Below, in pieces: positions 1 to 7,875 of a stretch of 64,000 nucleotides of DNA. The DNA lies in IMG/VR virus record IMGVR_UViG_3300020183_000048; one strand, given 5' to 3'. Both the position numbers and the translations under genes were made by a program. Source of the DNA: an uncultured virus (IMG/VR IMGVR_UViG_3300020183_000048). Lineage: Duplodnaviria; Heunggongvirae; Uroviricota; Caudoviricetes. The notes under the pieces were generated by a model. The model did not search any database, had not been told where the DNA came from, and saw nothing but the letters and a program-made list of their open reading frames with translations. The stretch's first letter is position 1. Each line of letters begins with the position of its first letter.

Positions 1-20
1 AACAACTAAGGAGAAACCTA

Positions 21-161
21 ATGTCGAAAGTCGTATACCGTGGCGTTGAATACGATACCGAAAAGCGTATCGCATATCAACAGCAAATGCAACAACAACC
101 TCAACAATACAATGAGACCTATCGTGGGGTCAAATTTGTAAAAGAGGGGAACAAGGGATGA
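21..161 (+). CDS. 46-aa YRG-motif peptide (DUF4278-like)
   Basis: Manual translation MSKVVYRGVEYDTEKRIAYQQQMQQQPQQYNETYRGVKFVKEGNKG; SD AAGGAG at 8-13; two YRGV motifs; not in the ORF track (<60 aa). Confidence 0.8.
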   Translation: MSKVVYRGVEYDTEKRIAYQQQMQQQPQQYNETYRGVKFVKEGNKG

Positions 162-319
162 CAGCAACCTATCGTGGTGTGAAGTATAATACTCACACTC
201 CAAAACTGCAGTACCGTAAGTGGTATGCAGAAACACATGCACCATCTCATCCACCAAATAAGTATCGTGGTATTCCCTACCGTCCATGTAACAACTGGAA
301 CTGGGAGGAAAAGCAATGA
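158..319 (+). CDS. 53-aa YRG-motif peptide (DUF4278-like)
   Basis: MTATYRGVKYNTHTPKLQYRKWYAETHAPSHPPNKYRGIPYRPCNNWNWEEKQ; ATGA overlap with the previous stop; two YRG motifs. Confidence 0.8.
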   Translation: MTATYRGVKYNTHTPKLQYRKWYAETHAPSHPPNKYRGIPYRPCNNWNWEEKQ

Positions 320-414
320 AAAAACTTAACTTCCTACAATTGATTAAGGAACAAAAGCAAAAAGAGGAGCGTCGTTATCAAGCACAACTAGCACAACTAG
401 TGGGAGCAAAATAA
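316..414 (+). CDS. 32-aa helical small protein
   Basis: MKKLNFLQLIKEQKQKEERRYQAQLAQLVGAK; ATGA overlap; GGAGG SD upstream. Confidence 0.7.
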   Translation: MKKLNFLQLIKEQKQKEERRYQAQLAQLVGAK

Positions 415-503
415 TGATACAAACTATCCTAACTCTAACTGCTGCTGCAGCTCTAGGGACAATCTTACTATCAACCTACATTCAATGGTTATACAAGTAT
501 TAA
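414..503 (+). CDS. 29-aa hydrophobic (single TM) peptide
   Basis: MIQTILTLTAAAALGTILLSTYIQWLYKY; TAATG overlap; GGAG SD upstream. Confidence 0.6.
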   Translation: MIQTILTLTAAAALGTILLSTYIQWLYKY

Positions 504-507
504 GTTA

Positions 508-521
508 GTATTAAGTTATAC
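508..521. promoter_or_regulatory. possible NtcA box (GTA-N8-TAC)
   Basis: GTA TTAAGTTA TAC, flanked as AGTA...TACT, in the spacer upstream of the ORF at 635. Confidence 0.35.
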
Positions 522-634
522 TAAAAAGATACAAATGTTAGTGAATAAACACAAAGTATTATAGATAGTATATCTATGGGTTAAAAAGATGATTTAAAAA
601 CTCTTTGTTATGTGTTTTTTATTAGGAGGTTATT

Positions 635-805
635 ATGCATAATATAATTTCTTACAATCAATTAGCTGGATGGAAACAATTTGAGACCACCATCGACCGA
701 TGTAATACACAAAACGATTTAATTAATGATTACTTTAACTGTCTAATCGAATGCGATGATAAGCAACAAACCTGTAAACGTATATGTAGAGAATTAATTA
801 AATAA
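635..805 (+). CDS. 56-aa Cys-rich cyanophage small protein
   Basis: MHNIISYNQLAGWKQ...DYFNCLIECDDKQQTCKRICRELIK; SD AGGAGG at 624-629; CxxxC-x6-CxxxC. Confidence 0.8.
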   Translation: MHNIISYNQLAGWKQFETTIDRCNTQNDLINDYFNCLIECDDKQQTCKRICRELIK

Positions 806-809
806 AATG

Positions 810-836
810 AAAGGGGGTCCTAAGACCCCCTTTTTT
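810..836. terminator. bidirectional rho-independent terminator
   Basis: AAAGGGGGTC-CTAA-GACCCCCTTTTTT between convergent genes. Confidence 0.85.
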
Positions 837-1269
837 ATTCTGGTAATTTTTTCTTGCCAATATTATACTTACTTTCTAGTGTCCATTCATTCTTCTCTTT
901 ATAAGAAAGAACTTTAATCTGACTTAGTGGTGCTACATCTGCAATACTATCTTTATTAACTACTGCGACCAGACCCCAATCTTCCAGAAGTTGAATAATT
1001 CTATTTCTACGTTGTACATCATTCACAGATAGATTTGCTCTCTTCCCATCTAAAGCAAATAGTTCTTTGAAATGCACAATAAAGTATCTACCTTGTTTAT
1101 GAAGAATGTGACAAGATTGATAGATAATTTTTTCTTTCCTTGAAGCAACTCCAATGCGTGTCAATGTCTCACGAACTTTCAAAAAGTCATCGGGTTCTTT
1201 AAGAGAAATCTCCACCATTTTGTCGGAAGACCATTGATACTCAACATTAACATCAAAACTAGAAGTCAT
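835..1269 (-). CDS. regA: translational repressor RegA
   Basis: DDFLKVRETLTRIGVAS...YQSCHILHKQGRYFIVHFKELF signature; T4 synteny. Confidence 0.97.
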   Translation of the reverse strand: MTSSFDVNVEYQWSSDKMVEISLKEPDDFLKVRETLTRIGVASRKEKIIYQSCHILHKQGRYFIVHFKELFALDGKRANLSVNDVQRRNRIIQLLEDWGLVAVVNKDSIADVAPLSQIKVLSYKEKNEWTLESKYNIGKKKLPE

Positions 1270-1649
1270 TTTTTTCCTCCACGATTCATCTTAGATTTTA
1301 TAAATTCAATTTGTTCTTTCGACAAAATACTCAAAGCAATCTTTGCTTTTTGTTCATTATAACCATAGTATTGTTTTACTAGTTCTAATGACTCAATTTT
1401 GCCTTTTTTCAACCAAGGAGAAAATCTCTTCTTAGGTCTCAAACTATTTAGTAAAAAGTCATATTGTAACTTTTTATCTAGATTATAATTGATATTCATT
1501 TCATTGATATAAAGAATCGTATCAACAAATGGAGACAAACATTTATTGATGACAAATGGAGGATATGATTTTTCACACTCTGGATATTCATCCATCAAAT
1601 TATTCTTCTGATAGTTAATCGAATTCAACCAATCTTTCAACTCAAACAT
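1266..1649 (-). CDS. gp62: clamp loader small subunit
   Basis: YPPFVINKCLS...LQYDFLLNSLRPKKRFSPW...YYGYN; upstream of regA. Confidence 0.93.
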   Translation of the reverse strand: MFELKDWLNSINYQKNNLMDEYPECEKSYPPFVINKCLSPFVDTILYINEMNINYNLDKKLQYDFLLNSLRPKKRFSPWLKKGKIESLELVKQYYGYNEQKAKIALSILSKEQIEFIKSKMNRGGKK

Positions 1650-2458
1650 TATAAAAATTCCTCTAAAGATGACTCACTATAATTATAACACTTTTTCCAG
1701 TTAATTCTTATAATTCCCTGTATGTGTCCTTTACTATGTTTTCTAGTACGTCCTGTCCACTCTACGATTCCAGGATGTTTTTCTATTAACATTTCATGTG
1801 CTAATTTATCAGTTTCAGCTGTGCGACCTTGATCTTGACAACCACCCTCTGCCCATTCTTTTGATTTAAAAAGATACTTATCAGTAATTCTTGTTTTCAA
1901 TTTCATTTTAAGAACTTGTAAAACAAAATGATGATCTTCACCATAAGGAACGGACCAATCCAATCTTTCTATTGGCAGGGTATGTCCATTAATTAAAAAA
2001 CATTGAATTATAATTCCATGATCTTTTTCATCAAAGTCTTTTGGAAACATTCCATAGAATGTTAATCCACCAACTGTAACTCCTTCAGTAAACCATCTAG
2101 TTGCCATTTCACCCAACATATCATCGTAGTCTTGTGATGTAAATGGTTCTTTCGATGGTTTACCTTCTATTTTCTTTTTTGTTTGACGATTGACATTTCT
2201 TTTCAAGAAATACATATCATCATCCATCATTACATAATAACTTCCTTTTCCTTGTTCAACAATCCATTTGCGAGTATTAGCAATTCCTTTTATTTCTGGG
2301 GGCAAGCAAAGTACATTTGGATATAATGATTTTGCTTCTTCATACTCGTGTGGTTGTACTACAAGATAAGTTATTTTTTTCCATTGATCAGGAAGACCAT
2401 TGTATGTAATTTGATTAGTGATTCTTCCTAATGTTGGAATGTAAATTCTATCTAACAT
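1649..2458 (-). CDS. GT-A fold glycosyltransferase, TET-associated (TAGT/GREB1-like) family
   Basis: IYIPTLGR, GIANTR, MMDDD (DxD), GED and GGC motifs. Confidence 0.75.
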   Translation of the reverse strand: MLDRIYIPTLGRITNQITYNGLPDQWKKITYLVVQPHEYEEAKSLYPNVLCLPPEIKGIANTRKWIVEQGKGSYYVMMDDDMYFLKRNVNRQTKKKIEGKPSKEPFTSQDYDDMLGEMATRWFTEGVTVGGLTFYGMFPKDFDEKDHGIIIQCFLINGHTLPIERLDWSVPYGEDHHFVLQVLKMKLKTRITDKYLFKSKEWAEGGCQDQGRTAETDKLAHEMLIEKHPGIVEWTGRTRKHSKGHIQGIIRINWKKCYNYSESSLEEFL

Positions 2459-3804
2459 TATTCAACCCATGTATACGTCGGATATTTACCGACAGCATCA
2501 TAGATGTTTGGATGTGACATTAAAGCTTTTCTATATGGAGTAAATTTAATTCCTCTACCCCAACCAATATTAAATTCAAATAATTCTTTCTTGGTAATAG
2601 ATCCATGAGACTTAATGATCTCAACTAGATTGTCAACAACTTTACTATTAACACTTCTGATACCGTCATAAAGATAATCAATATACACACTCATGTTTTG
2701 TATTTGTGTTTTATATTGGAGATTATCTCTAGTATAATTTAGGCACTTTGCAGCTTTAATATTTCTAGTTGAAGGATCATCAAGATAAGAATTAAGTAAA
2801 TTAAGTAGTTCTTGATTATTAGAAAAGAAATCTGCCTCTGGATATAGTTCTTTGTAATAGAGTTCATCGTACATTACATAGGGACAACCATTCATCATCC
2901 CATCGGTTGTAGATACACTCCATCCACCATACTTTTGTTTTGGTGATACACCAACTTTACATGATTGCAGTTTTTTATAATAACCAGCCTTGTCAAATTT
3001 TTCTGTACTAATCCAAGATTCTGTAGACTTATCCAATAAAGGAATCCATACTGTAAAGTCTTGTCTTTGCTTTCTAAGTTCACCCATGACTTTCATAAAA
3101 TTTGGAAAGTCTTTATATGTATCTGGTCTATGATTGAAAACAATAATTTTTTCAGATTCTTTATTTACAGACGTAACAATATCACTATCTTTAACACCAA
3201 GATATTGTACTGTGAGAATTTTATCTAAACGTTCGCAAATGCTTTTGTTAAACGTTTCTGATGCTTGATTAATAACTAATTTCTTTTGATACTCTGTGTT
3301 TAGATAACAACGATCCATTTCAAGAATACCTGAAATGTTTTGTACAAAACTATCCTTAGACCAAGCAACAATATTTTTTAAATCAAACCAATGACAATAC
3401 CCGAATACTGGTGGAGTATGATGAGTGATATTATATAAAGTATTGAGAATCTGATGAGTGTGTTCGGGAAGATGACTAAAGATAATATCAATATCCAATT
3501 CATGTGATGCGATCCTCTTCATTTCTTTTACATCAAAATGAGATCGCATCACTGGAGGATACGACATAAAAGACATGAAGAACTGAGTTGTATTTGGAAA
3601 ATCCAGACAACTTAAGTATTGAGGCAAAATTAGATAGAAGTGCAAATCATCACGAATAAGATTCAACTCATAAATCATATTCTTAATGACTTGAATATAA
3701 CTATCTTTTTCAAGATCTTTTGTATATGTGATGTTTGGATAAACAAGAATTCTTTTTACTTTTTTGATTACAACTTCTTTGTCTACAAAATCTAATAGGT
3801 TCAT
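2458..3804 (-). CDS. GT-B fold (GT4-like) glycosyltransferase with C-terminal wHTH-like extension
   Basis: DIIFSHLPEH, IIVFNHRPDTYKD, GGWSVSTTDGMMNGCPYV (E-x7-E equivalent region). Confidence 0.75.
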   Translation of the reverse strand: MNLLDFVDKEVVIKKVKRILVYPNITYTKDLEKDSYIQVIKNMIYELNLIRDDLHFYLILPQYLSCLDFPNTTQFFMSFMSYPPVMRSHFDVKEMKRIASHELDIDIIFSHLPEHTHQILNTLYNITHHTPPVFGYCHWFDLKNIVAWSKDSFVQNISGILEMDRCYLNTEYQKKLVINQASETFNKSICERLDKILTVQYLGVKDSDIVTSVNKESEKIIVFNHRPDTYKDFPNFMKVMGELRKQRQDFTVWIPLLDKSTESWISTEKFDKAGYYKKLQSCKVGVSPKQKYGGWSVSTTDGMMNGCPYVMYDELYYKELYPEADFFSNNQELLNLLNSYLDDPSTRNIKAAKCLNYTRDNLQYKTQIQNMSVYIDYLYDGIRSVNSKVVDNLVEIIKSHGSITKKELFEFNIGWGRGIKFTPYRKALMSHPNIYDAVGKYPTYTWVE

Positions 3805-4916
3805 CGGATAATATCAATTGTATTCATTGTGGTTTCATTCCAAACTTCAAGTTCAGTACGCAGACAATTAGTTTCTTTAAGTTTATTAAAACGATTAGTA
3901 GCTTTGTTTTTCCACCACTTGATAAGATTATTTAGATAGAACTTTTCATAGTTCTCTGGATTGGGAATCAATACATCAGTCTTACCAAGTAAAACATCAC
4001 GGACATTTCTAAATCCATAATCGGACATGTAAAATCTTTTTTGTGTAGTTACTTCTTCACGATCTTTAATAAACTGAACAAACTCAATATACTTAATTGG
4101 ATAATGTTCTTTCATAGAATTTTTGATGATAGAAATCATCTTGGTTTGAATTTTTAGTTTTCTACTGGAAGCACCTTTATGAACTAATTGTTCACCACCA
4201 TTCTTCTTGATAAACCATTTGTGTAAATCATGATACACAAAGTCTGGAAGTGTCAAAAGAAACTTAGATTGAGTATCTCCGAGATATCTTAAGTATGGTT
4301 TTAGACCATCATATTGTGAAGTCCCTTTGATATTACCATATAAAGAAGTTGTTTCAAACAAACAGATATCGCAATTATACTTGTTGTTTACTAATTCACG
4401 AACCTCATGACTTGCACAAATAAGACTGAGCAATTTACCACCAAGATAATTATATCCAAATGGTTGCACGGGGACAATGATAAATCCCATTATCGCATGT
4501 CTGTTAAACCTAGAAAGTTCTGGAACTCCATCTAGATAATCATTTCTAGGCTTTGAATTAATTACAGGAGATCCCAGTTTAATAAAACCAACATACTTTC
4601 CAGTATTAGTTTCTAGAATTGCAAGTTTAAGCTCTTTACCTGGTGCTTCTTCATAAGTGAAGGAAGCAGTCATTTCCAACAGTGTGTTGAAAGTATCATG
4701 TTGTGGTTGTACCACTTTGAAGTTCATATCCTCAGGAGACATATCATATGATTGAAACATATCATCTTCCATCGAAAACCCAAACAAGGGAGTAGGAATT
4801 TCTTTGATACGTTCAATTTTTTTTATACGAAAATAATCATCGATACGGTTAATAGAACCATACGCTTCTTTGATTTTTTCATACGCATATAAAGTGTCGT
4901 CTGGGTTTAGAATCAT
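3801..4916 (-). CDS. DUF4338 / DruA-like protein
   Basis: PGKELKL, GFIKLGSPVI, PFGYNYLGGKLL, TTSLYG...SQYD motifs. Confidence 0.75.
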   Translation of the reverse strand: MILNPDDTLYAYEKIKEAYGSINRIDDYFRIKKIERIKEIPTPLFGFSMEDDMFQSYDMSPEDMNFKVVQPQHDTFNTLLEMTASFTYEEAPGKELKLAILETNTGKYVGFIKLGSPVINSKPRNDYLDGVPELSRFNRHAIMGFIIVPVQPFGYNYLGGKLLSLICASHEVRELVNNKYNCDICLFETTSLYGNIKGTSQYDGLKPYLRYLGDTQSKFLLTLPDFVYHDLHKWFIKKNGGEQLVHKGASSRKLKIQTKMISIIKNSMKEHYPIKYIEFVQFIKDREEVTTQKRFYMSDYGFRNVRDVLLGKTDVLIPNPENYEKFYLNNLIKWWKNKATNRFNKLKETNCLRTELEVWNETTMNTIDIIR

Positions 4917-5434
4917 TTTAATTCACAACAGTAATATTTGAATAATGTTTTTTCTCTATCAGTCAAGCCCTGACCATACAGACGCGCTTCATGAAACCCG
5001 ACCTGTTTAATCAGGTCAAGTTTTCCCTTTGTGTGTCTCTCTATAGTAGGATACTTCATTATTGATTTTTTGTCAACACACAATACTTTTGTTCTATCAA
5101 AGTTAAAGTATGACATCAAAAAATTTGTTGGACGTTGTAGAAATTTTTCTTTTCTTCCCAGGAAACTTACATGTTTATAATAACTAGGCCAGTCATTAGT
5201 CCATGCACTCCAACGTTCAACATCTACAGTAACTGTCAGAGTTCCATCAATATAAACTCCAAGATCCACATCATAGATTCCAAAAGGTTTTTCTATAAAA
5301 GATACATTTTGGTTTTTGTACATCTTGGTTAAGAAATTAATCATTATAGTCACATCCTGATCGTCATCAAAATGATTTTTTCGATCAGAATATGAACCAA
5401 ATTTATTAATGTCGGAGTTAGTAATATATTCCAT
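4913..5434 (-). CDS. putative PD-(D/E)xK restriction-like endonuclease
   Basis: YDVDL...VDVERW pattern followed by SFLGRKEKF; 173 aa. Confidence 0.5.
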   Translation of the reverse strand: MEYITNSDINKFGSYSDRKNHFDDDQDVTIMINFLTKMYKNQNVSFIEKPFGIYDVDLGVYIDGTLTVTVDVERWSAWTNDWPSYYKHVSFLGRKEKFLQRPTNFLMSYFNFDRTKVLCVDKKSIMKYPTIERHTKGKLDLIKQVGFHEARLYGQGLTDREKTLFKYYCCELK

Positions 5435-5721
5435 TACATAATCAGTTTCTTTTCTGGAGTGATTATAGGACTAAACATCTGCACATATTGATCAACAACA
5501 GAGTCATCACATTCTTGAATGTATACAACAAATTGTCGATTAATTTTAATTTCCTTTTTGGTTTTGTTGATTAGTGGAGACCAAGGTGCAAAATTGATAT
5601 TACCATTTCCCATAGGTACTGGTTGAATACCATTCACAATGGTAACAAACTCCTGGGAAATGTCGATCACATCAGCAACAATGTCTTCACCAGAAGACAT
5701 ACGAATTAGTTTTACGTTCAT
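5434..5721 (-). CDS. conserved T4-like small protein (Sm-like fold)
   Basis: MNVKLIRMSSGEDIVA...FAPW...YVQMFSPIITP. Confidence 0.75.
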   Translation of the reverse strand: MNVKLIRMSSGEDIVADVIDISQEFVTIVNGIQPVPMGNGNINFAPWSPLINKTKKEIKINRQFVVYIQECDDSVVDQYVQMFSPIITPEKKLIM

Positions 5722-6668
5722 TTGAATTTACAATCACACATAATTTCGGTTAGACATGCAAGAGTATTAATCTCTTGATCAGCAACAAAAGCAGACTGAT
5801 ATTGGTATTTAGCAAAAATCAAAACTACTTGTGGAATAGAGTTTGGATCTAATGTTGCATACATTGAATCGTAGATTTTACGAATTACTGCAGTAACATC
5901 ATTATCCAAGTTTTCAACAACCCACTTACGAGTAGATCCAAAGTCTTTATTCTTTAGATACTCGATAAGATTTTTGGTATTAACATCTGAAACTGCAGAC
6001 AAAATACCGACATCAATAATTCCAGATGCAGCATACTTTTGAAGTTCATTCAGAGTGCGTCTCCAATCAGGAAAATATTTGTTTACTATTTCTGCAAGTA
6101 CTTTTTCATCATACTTAATACTTTCATTATCGAGAATACCCTGAAGTCTTTTGAAGAAGTTACTTGCGATTGATGGTTTGTCTTTTGATGGTATTGAGAA
6201 GTCAATGATTGCACATCGACTGTGGAGCGGTTCGATGATTTTGTTTTTGTAATTGCATGTGAAAATGAATCTGCAGTTGCTATGAAACGTCTCAATAGAA
6301 GCCCGTAGGAGGAGTTGTACATCTGTGGTTGTGTTATCAGCCTCATCAATAATAATGACTTTTGGTTTACCATTTGCTTGAAGTGATACGGTCGAAGCAA
6401 AGTTTTTTGCTTGATTTCGTACCGTGTCGAGAAATCTTCCCTCGTCAGATCCGTTAATAACATATGAGTCCACTCCTAATTCATTACATAGTGCTTTGGC
6501 AACAGTGGTCTTCCCAATACCAGGAGGACCAGATAAAAGGAGATTTGGAATCTCCTGGTTTTCTACAAATTTTTCAAAAGTTTTTTTTGTACTTGAAGGT
6601 AGAATACAGTCCTGAATTTTTTGAGGACGATATTTTTCTACCCACAAAAAGTCATTACTCATAATCAA
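5718..6668 (-). CDS. gp44: clamp loader large subunit (AAA+)
   Basis: LWVEKYRP, GPPGIGKTT, IIIDEAD, SRC motifs. Confidence 0.97.
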   Translation of the reverse strand: MIMSNDFLWVEKYRPQKIQDCILPSSTKKTFEKFVENQEIPNLLLSGPPGIGKTTVAKALCNELGVDSYVINGSDEGRFLDTVRNQAKNFASTVSLQANGKPKVIIIDEADNTTTDVQLLLRASIETFHSNCRFIFTCNYKNKIIEPLHSRCAIIDFSIPSKDKPSIASNFFKRLQGILDNESIKYDEKVLAEIVNKYFPDWRRTLNELQKYAASGIIDVGILSAVSDVNTKNLIEYLKNKDFGSTRKWVVENLDNDVTAVIRKIYDSMYATLDPNSIPQVVLIFAKYQYQSAFVADQEINTLACLTEIMCDCKFK

Positions 6669-7342
6669 CCAACAAAAATAGAATCTGGTTCAAGTGCAAT
6701 CCAATACTTAAGATTGGAAGAAGTGTGTTTAAATAATGCAATGTTCTTCGAAGAAACCGTTACTTCATAATCACCAGGAAGAATCTTGATATTCTCTACC
6801 TTGAAGTTAAAACTGAAATTATCAGAGGTTTGACGGAGCGGATTTACATCAATACAATAATTGTTCGAAGTATCATTTGATTTGGTACGAACGACGAGTT
6901 GAGTATTTCCATCAACAGAAACCAGGGAAAGATCTGGAAGTTGATACACGCTGGATGCACGAAGAAGAGATCCATTCATGTCATTTGTAAGAGTAAATAC
7001 TACATCTTCAGAAGGGAGAGGAATGTCTTTTTCGGGTGCAGCAGTAATGACACTGGGATCAGAATAAAAATACTTGACACGAGAGTTACCACTTTTGATT
7101 ACCAGATACGAATCAGAAGAAAAATCATACACCGCATCTTTAAATAGAGTGAGACCGCTCAGAAACTCATTTAAATCATAGATAGCAAAGTCTTTTTCAA
7201 AGTTCTCTTCGATTTCAGCAGTAGCAAGAATATTCTTCATCGGAGAAATAGTACGAAGAGAATTACCTTGCTTCACAACAATACTATGATTGATTGTAGA
7301 AAAGTTCTTGAGAATATTTAGAGTATCAGAACTAATTTTCAT
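6665..7342 (-). CDS. gp45: sliding clamp
   Basis: MKISSDTLNILKNFSTIN...FAIYDLNEFL...YWIALE. Confidence 0.96.
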   Translation of the reverse strand: MKISSDTLNILKNFSTINHSIVVKQGNSLRTISPMKNILATAEIEENFEKDFAIYDLNEFLSGLTLFKDAVYDFSSDSYLVIKSGNSRVKYFYSDPSVITAAPEKDIPLPSEDVVFTLTNDMNGSLLRASSVYQLPDLSLVSVDGNTQLVVRTKSNDTSNNYCIDVNPLRQTSDNFSFNFKVENIKILPGDYEVTVSSKNIALFKHTSSNLKYWIALEPDSIFVG

Positions 7343-7351
7343 ATTTAAACC

Positions 7352-7831
7352 TCAGTTTTTAAATTCAGACAGACCATTATTGATTCTACTATAGTGACGA
7401 TCAAAATGCAACAGCAGCATTGCATAGTGAATGACTTTTAGAAGATCACGTTTGTTATGACCGTCTTTATCGCCATAACGCGAACCATACTTCAGAATAT
7501 TTGCTTGACAAAAATCAGTTGCAAGTCCTTTTGCAGCCATAAGGTCAATAGTTTGAATTTCTCGATATTCATCTTCATGACCACAATAATGACTCTTATA
7601 AGTGCTGGTCACATAGTCCTCAATATCTTTGAGGATTTTATCTTCATTGTATTTCCAAAGGTGATTCTGTTTTTCGTTCATGTTGTTTGCTTTCAAAAAT
7701 TCAAAGTCGCTGTGGCCCCAGGGGGTCATACCATCATTGACAGGAGTTTTGGTGATATTGAGTGTACCTCCACCACCATCACTCAAAGTAAATTGATAGG
7801 GGTTTTCATCCATAATAAAAAAGGGAGACAT
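7352..7831 (-). CDS. DUF3310-like protein (putative nucleotide kinase); start at 7831 or 7813
   Basis: SHY...IQTID...FCQANILKYGSRYGDKDG...DLLKVIHY. Confidence 0.7.
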   Translation of the reverse strand: MSPFFIMDENPYQFTLSDGGGGTLNITKTPVNDGMTPWGHSDFEFLKANNMNEKQNHLWKYNEDKILKDIEDYVTSTYKSHYCGHEDEYREIQTIDLMAAKGLATDFCQANILKYGSRYGDKDGHNKRDLLKVIHYAMLLLHFDRHYSRINNGLSEFKN

Positions 7832-7844
7832 AGTTTATCTCCCT
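7817..7844 (-). terminator. hairpin plus U tract, also covering SD and AUG
   Basis: Minus strand AGGGAGAUA-AACUA-UGUCUCCCU-UUUUU. Confidence 0.65.
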
Positions 7845-7846
7845 AT

Positions 7847-7875
7847 ATTATATCAGATATTGATCTGGTTGTCAA
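7847..7875 (-). promoter_or_regulatory. sigma70-type early promoter
   Basis: TTGACA-N17-TATAAT on minus strand, perfect consensus. Confidence 0.85.

Noticed and set aside
18..316. Minus-strand ORFs 18..287 and 119..316 from the ORF track
   Set aside because: They are shadows of the plus-strand micro-ORFs, which have SD sequences, coupled stops and starts, and recognisable motifs
3801..4916. A complete Druantia defence system
   Set aside because: No DruE helicase or other Dru components are in the window
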